Below, piece after piece: positions 50,827 through 64,000 of a stretch of 64,000 nucleotides of DNA. This DNA is from Antedon mediterranea (Eukaryota; Animalia; Echinodermata): the NCBI RefSeq assembly GCF_964355755.1, contig NC_092680.1, positions 13,525,045 to 13,589,044 on the forward strand, read 5' to 3'. Both the position numbers and the translations under genes were made by a program. The first letter of the stretch is position 1, and the number at the start of each line of letters is the position of its first letter. Below the pieces are notes generated by a model that was not told the DNA's origin, ran no database searches, and saw only the letters and a list, made by a program, of their open reading frames with translations.

Positions 50827-53132
50827 ACTAGATTTGAACTCGTCACTACGGACGAGTTAGGTTATCCGCAGTCCTAAAGCCACGTGCACGTCATACGTTG
50901 GAATATTGCGCGCAGAAAAATGATTATGCCATTGAAAAAATGTGAGTGCGCTCTCTATTTTGTGTCACGTCAACGTGTATACGGTATACACTATATACCG
51001 TATACGTACTACATACAGTTCAGAATAGGTGAAAATAAGTGACCAAAGTTATTGACGCTTTTGCACATGATGACGTCATAACAATTTTTAAAATGGTGAA
51101 TCATGCGAAAGATAATTGATTGACATAGACAATATAAAGAAATGGAGGGCAATGGAATACGGATAAGTGGAGATGCGCTCTATTAAATGTGATGAGCTAT
51201 ACGAAAGAGAAAAAAATCCTATATTTTATATTCAAGTGGCCATACGATGACGTCACAATGTCCTGATAGCCATATTGATACATGATTCGATATCTACAAC
51301 TCATCTACTACCAGAATATGTAATTATAAAAAAGTTTACCACGTAGTTTAGAATCTATGACTGTTTAAAAAAAGGCATAATTTTGACAAATTTTTGGACT
51401 TTTTCATCAAAATTGCGCGCAAATTGTTTAATTCTACGTGCTCGTATGACGAGATTTTAAGGCAAAATTGATTGAAAATTGGTAAATATATTATAAAAGG
51501 CAGAAAAAACGAAAATCAAGCAAAAAAAAGATGTTTTTGCGCTACGTGCGCACGGGCGCGTAAAAAAAGTGCGCACGCGTGGGAATTTTTGAAATGCTCA
51601 AAATGACATGAAACGCGTAGAAAGTTGATTAGAAATGAATTTTGCGCATTTTGAAATTTTGAACGCGCGTGCGCGCGTAACTTTATGTAAAACATGCCAT
51701 TTTTAATCCACAGAAAGTTTGCGCATGATATAACTTAAATTTTCACCAAGTTTCAATAGAAAATGACTTTTTGTTTTTAATCTATGATCAATTATTGAAA
51801 TTCATAAAATTGCGCGTAACTTACGCTGCGCAACTCAAAAATCAAAAAACAAAGTTTCTTGCACATCTACAGATATAGGTCAATCTTATGACAAAGTTAT
51901 ACAATCATTTGTTAGCCAGAATTAGAGATATGCTTGCAACAAAATTCGTGGAAAGAAAGAAGAATATAGAAAACTAGATTTGAACTCGTCACTACGGACG
52001 AGTTAGGTTATCCGCAGCGCAAAGGCCACGTGCACGTCATACGTAGAATATCGCGCGCAGAAAAACGATTATGCCATTGAAAAATGTTAGTGCGCTCTCT
52101 ATTTTGCGTCACGTCAAAGTATATACGGTATACGCTATATTCTGTATACGTACTACATACAGTGCAGAATAGGTGAAAATAAGGGACCCTAGTTATTGAC
52201 GCTTTTGACCATGATGACGTCATCACAATCTTAAAAATTGTTAACCATGCGAAAGATAATTGATTGATCTAGACAATATAAAAAATTGAGGGAAATGGAA
52301 TACGGATAAGTGGAGATGCGCTCTATTAAATGTGACGAGCTATGACGAAAGAGAAAAAAATCCTATATTTTTTATTCGAGTGGCCATACGATGACGTCAT
52401 AATATTCATTTAGCCATATTAATGCAATATTCGATAAAGACAACTCATCTACTTCCAGAATCTGAAATTTAAAAAAAGTTCACCTTGTAGTTTACAATCT
52501 ATGACTGTTTTAAAAAAGGCATAATTTTGACAAATTTTTGAACTTTTTCATCAAAAACGCGCGCAAATTGTTCAATTCTACGTGCTCGTATGACGTGATT
52601 TTAAGTCGAAATTGATTGAAAATTGGTAAATTTACTATAAATAGCTGAAAAAACAAAAATCAAGAAAAAAAAAGATGTTTTTGCGCCACGTGCGTACGCG
52701 CGCGTAAAAAAATTGCGCACGGATGGGAATTTTTGAAATGCTCTAAATGACATGAAACGCGTAGAAAGTTGATTAGAAGTTGATTTTACGCATTTTGAAA
52801 TTTTAAACGCACGTGCGCGCGTCACTTTCTGTGAAACATGCCATTTTTAATCCATAGAAAGTTTGCCTTTGATATAACTTAAATTTTCACCAAGTGTTAT
52901 TATAAAGTGACTTTTATTTTTTATCCTATGATCAATCATTGAAATTCATAAAATCGCGCGTAACTTACGCTGCGCAACTCGAAATTTGAAAAAAAAAGTT
53001 TCTTGCACATCTGCAGCTACAGGGCAATCTTTTGACAAAGTTATACAATCTTATGTTGGCTAAAATTAGAGATACGCCGCCAACAAAATTCGTGGAAAGA
53101 AAGAAGAATATAGAAAAAAAAAAAAAAGAAAA
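50827..53132. repeat. Two-monomer repeat of 26883-29330 with different junctions
   Basis: Same two monomers in the same order (ORFs 28192/52008 and 28785/52601 are identical, offset 23816), but with no cap between or after them. Confidence 0.9.
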
Positions 53133-54279
53133 ACTAGATTTGAACTCGTCACTACGGACGAGTTAGGTTATCCGCAGTGCAAAAGCCACGTGCACGTCAT
53201 ACGTTAGAATAGTGCGCGCAAAAAAATAAAACGATTATGGCATTGAAAAATGTTAGTGCGCTCTCTATGTTGCGTCGCGTCTAAGTATATACGGTATAAC
53301 ACTATATACTGTATACGTACTACATACAGTGCAGAATAGGTGAAAATAAGTGACCAAAGTTATTGACGCATTTGAACATGATGACGTCATCACAATTTTT
53401 AAAATGGTGGATCATGCGAAAGGTAATTGATTGATCTAGACAATATAAAAAAATTGAGTGAAATGGAATAAGGATAAGTAGAGATGCGCTCTATTAAATT
53501 GACGAGCTATGACGAAAGAAAAAAAAATCCTATATTTTATATTCGGGTGGCCATACGATGACGTCACAATGTCTGGTTAGCCATATCAATGCATGATTCG
53601 AGAAAAACAACTCATCTACTTCCAGAATCTGAAATTTTAAATATTTTCACCTCGGAGTTTAGAATCTATGACTTTTTTAAAAAAGGCATAATTTTCACAA
53701 ATTTTTGAACTTTTTCATCAAAAACGCGCGCAAATTGTTCAATTCTACGTGCTCGTATGACGTGATTTTAAGTCGAAATTGATTGAAAATTGGTAAATGT
53801 ACTAGAAAAGGCTGAAAAAACAAAAATCAAGCAAAAAAAAGATGTTTTTGCGCTACGTGCGCACGCGCGCGTAAAAAATATGCGCACGCGTGGGAATTTT
53901 TGAAATGCTCAAAATGACCTGAAACGCGTAGAAAGTTGATTAGAAATGAATTTTTCGCAATTTGAAATTTTAAACGTGCGTGCGCGCGTAACTTTATGTC
54001 AAACATGCCATTTTTAATCCATAGAAAGTTTGCCCTTGATATGACTTAAATGTTCACCAAGTGTCATTACAAAATGACTTTTGGTTTTTAATCTATGATC
54101 AATCATTGAAATTCATAAAATCGCGCGTAACTTACGCTGCGCAACTCCGAAATCGTCCAAAAGCTTGGCTGCACATCTACAGCTATAGGTCAATCTTATG
54201 ACAAAGTTATACAATCTTATGTTGGCCAGAATTAGAGATATGCGACCAACAAAATTCGTGGAAAGAAAGAAGAACATAG

Positions 54280-54311
<32 letters not shown>

Positions 54312-54347
54312 TCCTGACAATAACAAGGGGTTATCCGCCAAGTGCGG

Positions 54348-54378
<31 letters not shown>

Positions 54379-55572
54379 AAAAAAGATCCTGACAATAACA
54401 AGGGGTTATCCGCCAAGTGCGGATAACCAACTAGATTTGAACTCGTCACTACGGACGAGTTAGGTTATCCGCAGCGCAAAAGCCACGCACACGTCATACG
54501 TTAGAATATTGCAAGCAGAAAAACGATTATGCCATTGAAAAAAATGTTAGTGCGCCCTCTATTTTGCGTCGCGTCTAAGTATACGGTATAACACTATGTA
54601 CTGAATACGTACTACATACAGTGCAGAATAGGTGAAAATAAGTGACCAAAGTTATTAACGCTTTTGAACATGATGACGTCATCACAATTTTAAAAATGGT
54701 GAATCATGTGAAAGATAATTGATTGACCTAGACAATATATCATCATGGAGGGAAATGGAATACGGATAAGCGGAGATGCGCTCTATTAAATGTGATGAGC
54801 TATGACGAATAAGAAAAAAATCCTATATTTTACATTCCAGTGGCCATACGATGACGTCACAATGTCCGGTTAGCCATATTGATGCATGATTTGATATCTG
54901 CAACTCATCTACTACCAGAATATGTAATTATAAAAAAGTTCACCACGTAGTTTAGAATCTATGACTGTTTAAAAAAAGGAATATTTTTGACAAATTTTTT
55001 AACTTTTTCATCAAAAATGCGCGCAAATTGTTTAATTCTACGTGCTCGTATGACGTGATTTTAAGTCGAAATTGATTGAAAATTGGTAAATTTACTAGAA
55101 AAGGCTGAAAAAACAAAAATCAAGCAAAAAAAAGATGTTTTTACGCTACGTGCGCACGCGCGCGTAAAAAAATTGCGCACGCGTGGGAATTTTTGAAATG
55201 CTCAAAATAACATGAAACGCGTAGAAAGTTGATTAGAAATTGATTTTTCGCATTTTGAAATTTTAAACGCGTGTGCGCGCGTAACTTTTTGTGAAACATG
55301 CCATTTTTAATCCATAGAAAGTTTGCGCATTATATGAATTAAATTTTCACCAAGTTTCAATACAAAATGACGTTTGGTTTTTAATCTATGATCAATCATT
55401 GAAATTCATAAAATCGCGCGTAACTTACGCTGCGCAACTCCGAAATCGTCCAAAAGCTTGGCTGCACATCTACAGCTATAGGTCAATCTTATGACAAAGT
55501 TATACAATCTTATGTTGGCCAGAATTAGAGATATGCGACCAACAAAATTCGTGGAAAGAAAGAAGAACATAG

Positions 55573-55604
<32 letters not shown>

Positions 55605-55647
55605 TCCTGACAATAACAAGGGGTTATCCGCCAAGTGCGGATAACCA

Positions 55648-57953
55648 ACTAGATTTGAACTCGTCACTACGGACGAGTTAGGTTATCCGCAGTGCAAAAA
55701 CCACGTGCACGTCATATGTTAGAATATTGTGCGCTAAAAAAAAAATTATCGCATAGAAGAAATGTTAGTGAGCCCTCTATTTTGTGTCACGTCTAAGTAT
55801 ATACGGTATACGCTATATACTGTATACGTACTACGTACAGTGCAGAATAGGTGAAAATAAGTGACCAAAGTTAATGACGCTTTTGACCATGATGACGTCA
55901 TAAATATCTTAAAAATTGTTAACCATGTGAAAGATAATTGATTGACCTAGACAATATAAAAAAATTGAGGGAAATGGAATACGGATAAGTGGAGATGCGC
56001 TCTATTAAATGTGACGAGCTATGACGAAAGAGAAAAAAATCCTATATTTTTTATTCGAGTGGCCATACAATGACGTCATAATATTCAGTTAGCCATATTA
56101 ATGCAAGATTCGATAAAGACAACTCATCTACTTCCAGAATATGTAATTTAAAAAATGTTCACCAAGTAGTTTAGAATTTATGACTGTTTTAAGAAAGGCA
56201 TAATTTTGACAAATTTTTAAACTTTTTCATCAAAAACGCGCGCAAATTGTTCAATTCTACGTGCTCGTATGACGTTATTTTAAGTCGAAATTGCTTTAAA
56301 ATTGGTAAATTTACTAGAAAAGGCTGAAAAAACAAAAATCAAGCAAAAAAATGATGTTTCTGTGCTACGTGCGCACGCACGCGTAAAAAAATTGCGCACA
56401 CGTGGGAATTTTTGAAACGCTCAAAATGACCTGAAACGCGTAGAAAGTTGATTAGAAATTGATTTTACGAATTTTGAAATTTTAAACGCGCGTGCGCGCG
56501 TAACTTTAGGGGAAAGTCCGATTTTCAATCCATAAAAAGTTAGCGCATGATATAAATTACACTTTTGCTAAGTTTCAATAAAAATTGCTTTTTGGTTTTT
56601 GATCTATGTTAAATACGCAAAATTCACAAAATCGCGCGTAACTTACGCTGCGCAACTATAAAGTCAAAAAACGAAACGTCCTGCACATCTACAGCTACAG
56701 GTCAATCTTATGAAAAAGTTACACAATCTTCTGTTTTCCAGAATTTGAGATACGCTGCCAACAAAATTCAGGGAAAGAAAGAAGAATAACATAGAAAAAA
56801 AAAAAAAAACTAGATTTGAACTCGTCACTACGGACGAGTTAGGTTATCCGCCTCGCAAAACCCACGCGCATGACACCAAAGTTAGAATATTGCGCGCAGA
56901 AAAACGATTATGCCATTGAAAAAATGTTAGTGAGCCCTCTATTTTGTGTCGCGTCTAAGTGTGTACGGTATACACTATATACTGTATACGTACTACATAC
57001 AGTGCAGAATAGGTGAAAATAAGTGACCAAAGTTATTGACGCATTTGAACATGATGACGTCATCACAATTTAAAAAATGGTAGATTATGCGAAAGATAAT
57101 TGATTGGCCTAGACAATATAACAAAATGGTGAGAAATGGAATACGGATAAGTGGAGATGCGCTCTATTAAATGTGATGAGCTATGCGAAAGAGAGAAAAA
57201 TCCTATATTTTATATTCGAGTGGCCATACGATGACGTCACAATGTCCGGTTAGCCATATCGATGCATGATTTGTTATCTACAACTCATCTACTTCCGGAA
57301 TCTGAAATTTTAAAAAAGTTCCCCACGGAGTTTAGAATCTATGACTGTTTTAAAAAAGGCATAATTTTGACAAATTTTTGAACTTTTTCATAAAAAACGC
57401 GCGCAAATTGTTCAATTCTACGTGCTCGTATGACGTGATTTTAAGTCGAAATTGATTGAAAATTGGTAAATTTACTAGAAAAGGCTGAAAAAACAAAAAT
57501 CAATCAAAAAATTTATGTTTTTGCGCTAAGTGCGCACGCGCGCGTAAAAAAATTGCGCACGCGTGGGAATTTTTGAAATGTTCAAAATGACCTGAAACGC
57601 GTAGAAAGTTGATTAGAAATTAATTTTACAAATTTTGAAATTTTAAATGCGCGTGCGCGCGTAACTTTATGTGAAACATGCCATTTTTAATCCATAGAAA
57701 GTTTGCGCATGATATGACTTAAATTTTCACCGAGTTTCAATACAAAATGACTTTTAGTTTTTAATCTATGATCAATCATTGAAATTCATATAATTGCGCG
57801 TAACTTACGCTGCGCGTCTCGAAATTCGAAAAAAAAAATGTCATGCACATCTACAGATCCAGGCAAATCTTATAACAAAGTTATAGAATTATATGTTGGC
57901 TAGAATTAGAGATACGCTGCGAACAAATTTCGTGGAAAGAAAGAAGAATAAAG

Positions 57954-57994
<41 letters not shown>

Positions 57995-58094
57995 TCCTGA
58001 CAATAACAAGGGGTTATCCGCCAAGTGCGGATAACCAAAAAAAAAAAAAGATCCTGACAATAACAAGGGGTTATCCGCCAAGTGCGGATAACCA
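55648..58094 (-). mobile_element. Nested pair: host split at 56809; insert 56809-58036; displaced cap region 58037-58094
   Basis: The host ends catag(a)15|ctag and the next unit carries two caps. Confidence 0.7.
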
Positions 58095-61000
58095 ACTAGA
58101 TTTGAACTCGTCACTACGGACGAGTTAGGTTATCCGAAGCGCAAAAGCCAAGTGCACGTCATACGTTAGAATAGTGCGCGCAGAAAAACGATTATACCAT
58201 TGAAAAAATGTTAGTGCGCTCTCTATTTTGCGCCACGTCTAAGTATATACGGTTTACGCTATATATTGTATACGTACTACATACAGTGAAGAATAGGTGG
58301 AAATAAGTGGCCCAAGTTATTGACGCTTTTGGACATGATGACGTCATAACAATTTTCAAAATGGTGAATCATTCGAAAGATAATTGATTGACCTAGGCAA
58401 TATATAAAAATGGGGGAAAATGGAATACGGATAAGTGGAGATGCGCTCTATTAAATGTGATGAGCTATGACGAAAGAGACAAAAATCCTATATTTGATAT
58501 TCGTGTGGCCATACGATGACGTCACAATGTCCGGTTAGCCAAATCGATGCATGATTCTATATCTACAACTCATCTACATTCAGAATATGTAATTTTAAAA
58601 AAGTTCACCACGTAGTTTAGAATATATGACTGTTTAAAAAAAGGCATAATTTTGACAAATTTTTGAACTTTTTCATCAAAAATGCGCGTAAATTGTTTAA
58701 TTCTACGTGCTCGTATGACGTGATTTTAAGTCGAAATTGATTTAAAATTGATCAATTTACTAGAAAAGGCTGAAAAAACAAAAATCAAGCAAAAAAAAGA
58801 TGTTTTTGCGCTATGTGCGCACGCGCGCGTAAAAAAATTGCGCACGCGTGGGAATTTTTGAAATGCTCAAAATGACATGAAACGCGTAGAAAGTTGATTA
58901 GAAATTGATTTTTCGCATTTTGAAATTTCAAACGCGCGTGCGCGCGTAACCTTTTGTGAAACATGCCATTTTTAATCCATAGAAAGTTTGCGCATGATAT
59001 TACTTAAATTTACACAAAGTTTCAATACAAAATGACTTTTGGTTTTTAATCTATGATCAATCATTGAAATTCATAAAATCGCGCGTAACTTACGCTGCGC
59101 AACTCTAAATTCATTAAAAAAAGTTTCTTGCACATCTACAGCTACAGGGCAATCTTTTGACAAAGTTAAACAATTTTATGTTAACCAGAATTAGAGATAT
59201 GCCACCAACAAAATTCGGGGAAAGAAAGAAGAATAACATAGAAACTAGATTTGAACTCGTCACTTCGGACGAGTTAGGTTATCCGCAGCGCAAAAGCCAC
59301 GTGCACGTCATACGTTAGAATATTGCGCGCAGAAAAACGATTATGCCATTGAAAAAATGTTAGTGCGCTCTCTATTTTACGTCACGTCTAAGTGTATATG
59401 GTATACGCTATATACTGTATACGTACTACATACAGTGCAGAATAGGTGAAAAGAAGTGACCAAAGTTATTGACGCTTTTGAACATGATGACGTCATAACA
59501 ATTTCAAAAAATTGTAAATCATGCGAAAGATAATTGATTGACCTAGACAAAATAAAAAAATTGAGTGAAATGGAATACGAATAAGTAGAGATGCGCTCTA
59601 TTAAATGTGACGAGCTATACGAAAGAGAAAAAAATCCTATATTTTATATTCGAGTGGCCATACGATGACGTCACAATGTCCGGTTAGCCATATCGATGAA
59701 TGATTCGATATCTACAACTCATCACCTTTCAGAATATGTAATTTTTAAAAAGTTCACCACGTAGTTTACAATCTATGACTGTTTTAAAAAAGGCATAATT
59801 TTGACGAATTTTTTAACTTTTTCATCAAAAACACGCGCAAATGATCCAATTCTACGTGCTCGTGTGACGTAATTTTAAGTCGAAATTGATTGAAAATTTA
59901 TAAATTTACTAGAAAAGGCTGGAAAAAAGAAAAACAAGCAAAAAAAAGATGTTTTTGCGCTACGTGCGCACGCGCGCGTAAAAAAAGTGCGCACACGTGG
60001 GAATTTTTGAAATGCTCAAAATGACATGAAACGCGTAGAAAGTTGATTAGAAATTGATTTTTCGCATTTTGAAATTTTAAATGCGCGTGCGCGCGTAACT
60101 TTCTGTAAGACATACCATTTTCTCTCCATAGAAAGTTAGCGCATGATATGACTTAAATTTTCACCAAGTTTCAATACAAAATGACATATAGTTTTTATTC
60201 TATGATCAATCATTGAAATTCATAAAATCGCGCGTAACTTACGCTGCGCGACTCAAAATTCATAAAAAAAAGTTTCTTGCACATCTACAGCTACAGGGCA
60301 ATCTTTTGACAAAGTTATACAATCATATGTTGGCCAGAATTAGAGATACGCTGCCAACAAAAAATGGGAGAGAAGTGTGTAAAGAAAGAAATAAATACTA
60401 GATTTGAACTCGTCACTACGGACGAGTTAGGTTATCCGCAGAGCAAACGCCACGTGCACGTCATACGTTAGAATATTGCGCAGAGAAAACCATTATGCCA
60501 TTGAAAAAATGTTAGTGCGCTCTCTATTTTACGTCACGTCTAAGTATACACAGTATACACTATATATTGTATACGTACTACATACAGTGAAGAATATGTG
60601 AAAATAAGTGGCCCAAGTTATTGACGCTTTTGGACATGATGACGTCATCACAATTTTAAAAACGGTATATCATGCGAAAGATAATTGATTGGCATAGACA
60701 ATATAAAAAAATGGGGGGAAATGGAATTAGGATAAGTGGAGATGCGCTCTATTAAATGTGATGAGCTATACGAAATAGAAAAAAATCCTATATTTTATAT
60801 TCGAGTGACCATACGATGACGTCACAATGTCCTGTTAGCTATATCGATGCATGATTCGATATCTACAACTCATCAACTTCCAGAATGTGTAATTTAAAAA
60901 AAGTTCACCACGTAGTTTATAATCTATGACATTAAAAAAAAAGCATAATTTTCACGAATTTTTTAACTTTTTCATCAAAAACGCGCGCAAATTGTTCAAT

Positions 61001-64000
61001 TCTACGTGCTCGTATGACGTGATTTTAAGTCGAAATTGATTGAAAGTTGGTAAATTTACTAGAAAAGGGTGGAAAAACAAAAATCAAGCAAAAAAAAGAT
61101 GTTTTTGCGCTACGTGCGCACGCGCGCGTAAGAAAAGTGCGCACGCGTGGGAATTTTTGAAATGCTCACAATGACATGAAACGCGTAGAAAGTTGATTAG
61201 AAATTGATTTTTCGCATTTTGAAATTTTAAACGCGCGTGCGCGCGTAACTTTCTGTAAAACATGCCATTTTATCTCCATAGAAAGTTAGCGCATGATATG
61301 ACTTAAATTTTCACTAAGTTTCAATACAAAATGACATATAGTTTTTATTCTATGATCAATCATTGAAATTCATAAAATCGCGCGTAACTTACGCTGCGCG
61401 ACTCAAAATTCATAAAAAAAAGTTTCTTGCACATCTACAGCTACAGGGCAATCTTTTGACAAATTTATACAATCATATGTTGGCCAGAATTAGAGATACG
61501 CTGCCAACAAAAAATGGGAAAGAAGTGTGTAAAGAAAGAAATAAATACTAGATTTGAACTCGTCACTACGGACGAGTTAGGTTATCCGCAGCGCAAAAGT
61601 CACGCGCATGACACATAAGTTAGAATATTGCGCGCAGAAAAACGATTATGCCATTGAAAAAAATGTTAGTGAGCCCTCTATTTTGCGTCACGTCTGAGTA
61701 TATACGGTATACACTATATACTGTATACGTACTACATACAGTGCTGAATAGGTGAAAATAAGTGACCAAAGTTATTGACGCTTTTGGACATGATGACGTC
61801 ATAACAATTTTAAAAATGGTGTATCATTCGTAAGATAATTGATTGACCTAGGCAATATATAAAAATGGGGGAAAATGGAATACGGATAAGTGGAGATGTG
61901 CTCTATTAAATGTGATGAGCTATGACGAAAGAGACAAAAATCCTATATTTGATATTCGTGTGGCCATACGACGACGTCACAATGTCCGGTTAGCCAAATC
62001 AATGCATGATTCTATATTTACAACTCATCTACATTCAAAATATGTAATTTTAAAAAAGTTCACCACGTAGTTTAGAATCTATGACTGTTTAAAAAAAGGC
62101 ATAATTTTGACAAATTTTTGAACTTTTTCATCAAAAATGCGCGTAAATTGTTTAATTCTACGTGTTCGTATGACGTGATTTTAAGTCGAAATTGTTTGAA
62201 AGTTGGTAAATTTACTAAAAAAGACAGGAAAAACAAAAATCAAGCAAAAAAATGATGTTTTTGCGCTACGTGCGCACGCGCGCGTAAAAAAATTGCGCAC
62301 AAGTGGGAATTTTTGAAATGCTCAAAATGACATGAAATGCGTAGAAAGTTGATTAGAAGTTGATTTTTCGCATTTTGAAATTTTAAACGCGCGTGCGCGC
62401 GTAACTTTTTGTGAAACATGCCATTTTTAATCCAAAGAAAGTTTGCGCATTATATGACTTAAATTTTCACCAAATTTCAATTAAAAAGGACTTTTAGTTT
62501 TTATTCTATGATCAATCATTGAAATTCACAAAATCGCGCGTAACTTACGCTGCGCAACTCGAAATTTGAAAAAAAAAGTTTCTTGCACATCTACAGCTAC
62601 AGGGCAATATTTTGACAAAGTTATATAATCATTTGTTAGCCAGAATTAGAGATATGCTTGCAACAAAATTCGGGGAAAGAAAGAAGAAAATAGAAAAAAA
62701 AAGAGAAAAATAAAAAAAAAAAAGATCCTGACAATAACAAGAGGTTATCCGCCAAGTGCGGATAACCAACTAGATTTGAACTCGTCACTACGGACGAGTT
62801 AGGTTATCCGCAGCGCAAAAGCCACATGCACGTCGTACGTTAGAATATTGCGCGCAGATAAACGATGATGCCATTGAAACAATTTCAGTTTTCTCTCTAT
62901 TTTGCGTCACGTCTAAGTATATACGGTATACACTATATTATACTCTATACGTACTACATACAGTGCAGAATAGGTGAAAATAAGTGACCAAAGTTATTGA
63001 CGCTTTTGGACATGATGACGTCATCACAATTTTTAAACTAATGAATCATGCGAAAGATAATTGATTGACTTAGACAATATAAAGAAATGGAGGGCAATGG
63101 AATACGGATAAGTCGAGATGCGCTCTATTAAATGTGATGAGCTATATGAAAGAGAAAAAAATCCTATATTTTATATTTGAGTGGCCATACGATGACGTCA
63201 CAATGTCCAGTTAGCTATATTGATGCATGATTCGATATCTACAACTCATCTACTTCCACAATATGTAATTTAAAAAAAGTTCACCACGTAGTTTAGAATC
63301 TATGACTTTTTAAAAAAAGGCATAATTTTCACAAATTTTTGAACTTTTTCATCAAAAACGCGCGCAAATTGTTCAATTCTACGTGCTCGTATGACGTGAT
63401 TTTAAGTCAAAATTCATTGAAAATTGGTAAATTTACTAGAAAAGGCTGAAAAAACAAAAATCAAGCAAAAAAAATATGTTTTTGCGCTACGTGCGCACGC
63501 GCGCGTAAAAAAATGCGCGCTGGTGGGAATTTTTTAAATGCTCAAAATAACCTGAAACGCGTAGAAAGTTGATTAAAAATTGATTTTGCGCAATTTTAAA
63601 TTTTAAACGCGCGTGCGCGCGTAACTTTTTGCGCAACCGGCCATTTTTAATCTACAGAAAGTTTGCGCTTTATATGACTTAAATTTTCACCAAGTTTCAA
63701 TACAAAATGACTTTTGGTTTTTAATCTATGATCAATAATTGAAATTCATAAAATCGCGCGTAACTTACGCTGCGCGACTCGAAATTTGAAAAAAAAAGTT
63801 TCTTGCACATCTACAGATATAGGGCAATCTTTTAACAAAGTTATACAATCTTCTGTTGGCTAGAATTAGAGATACGCTGCCCACAAAAAATGGGAGAGAA
63901 GTGTGGAAAGAAAGAAATAAATACTAGACTTGAACTCGTCACTACGGACGAGTTAGGTTATCCGCAGCGCAAAGGCCACGTGCACGTCATACGTTAGAAT

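Larger units (their letters stand above)
1..64000 (-). repeat. Head-to-tail tandem array of 52 copies of a ~1.2 kb Helentron/DINE-1-like non-autonomous element (TE-derived macrosatellite)
   Basis: The motif actagatttgaactcgtcac...gacgagttaggttatccgc (or a close variant) starts at 1084, 2291, 3444, 4666, 5893, 7044, 8306, 9528, 10673, 11971, 13131, 14352, 15570, 16791, 18013, 19591, 20796, 22058, 23280, 24425, 25723, 26883, 28157, 29440, 30659, 31936, 33089, 34397, 35552, 36845, 38701, 39874, 41023, 42326, 44439, 45663, 46817, 48046, 49251, 50827, 51973, 53133, 54430, 55648, 56809, 58095, 59244, 60397, 61547, 62769 and 63923. All copies have the same orientation and I saw no unique spacer DNA. 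The array runs off both window edges. Confidence 0.97.

Noticed and set aside
1-64000. Tandem RNA-gene cluster (5S, tRNA, snRNA) or autonomous Helitron
   Set aside because: I recognised no such RNA sequence in the monomer, and no ORF exceeds 105 aa. An Rfam search would be needed to exclude an unfamiliar ncRNA.

Overview
The whole 64 kb is non-coding, AT-rich, eukaryote-like repetitive DNA: one uninterrupted, single-orientation, head-to-tail array of 52 copies (50 complete, 2 partial; 51 junctions, counted by eye) of a ~1.15-1.3 kb element. Read on the minus strand, each copy has the architecture of a non-autonomous Helentron/DINE-1-type rolling-circle element (HINE). It runs: 5' T, a 10-bp subterminal inverted repeat (subTIR, GGTTATCCGC) folded back on its own inverted copy, a T-rich simple tract, a central body, the 3' subTIR, an 8-bp-stem palindrome, and a CTAG-T end. 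Junctions are TT and show no target-site duplication. No transposase or other credible gene is present; all listed ORFs look spurious. The array is not a homogeneous satellite, because monomers are divergent and mosaic. The main finding is an apparent nested, bracket-like organisation. 11 copies are cut inside their own A-tract and lack the 45-bp terminal cap, while 12 copies carry an extra cap. In 7 of the 11 cases the extra cap follows the very next copy, and the split tails can be rejoined into an intact tail. This points to an element that inserts at or beside its own terminus, superimposed on recombination and block duplication. The host organism and the mobilising enzyme cannot be identified from this window.
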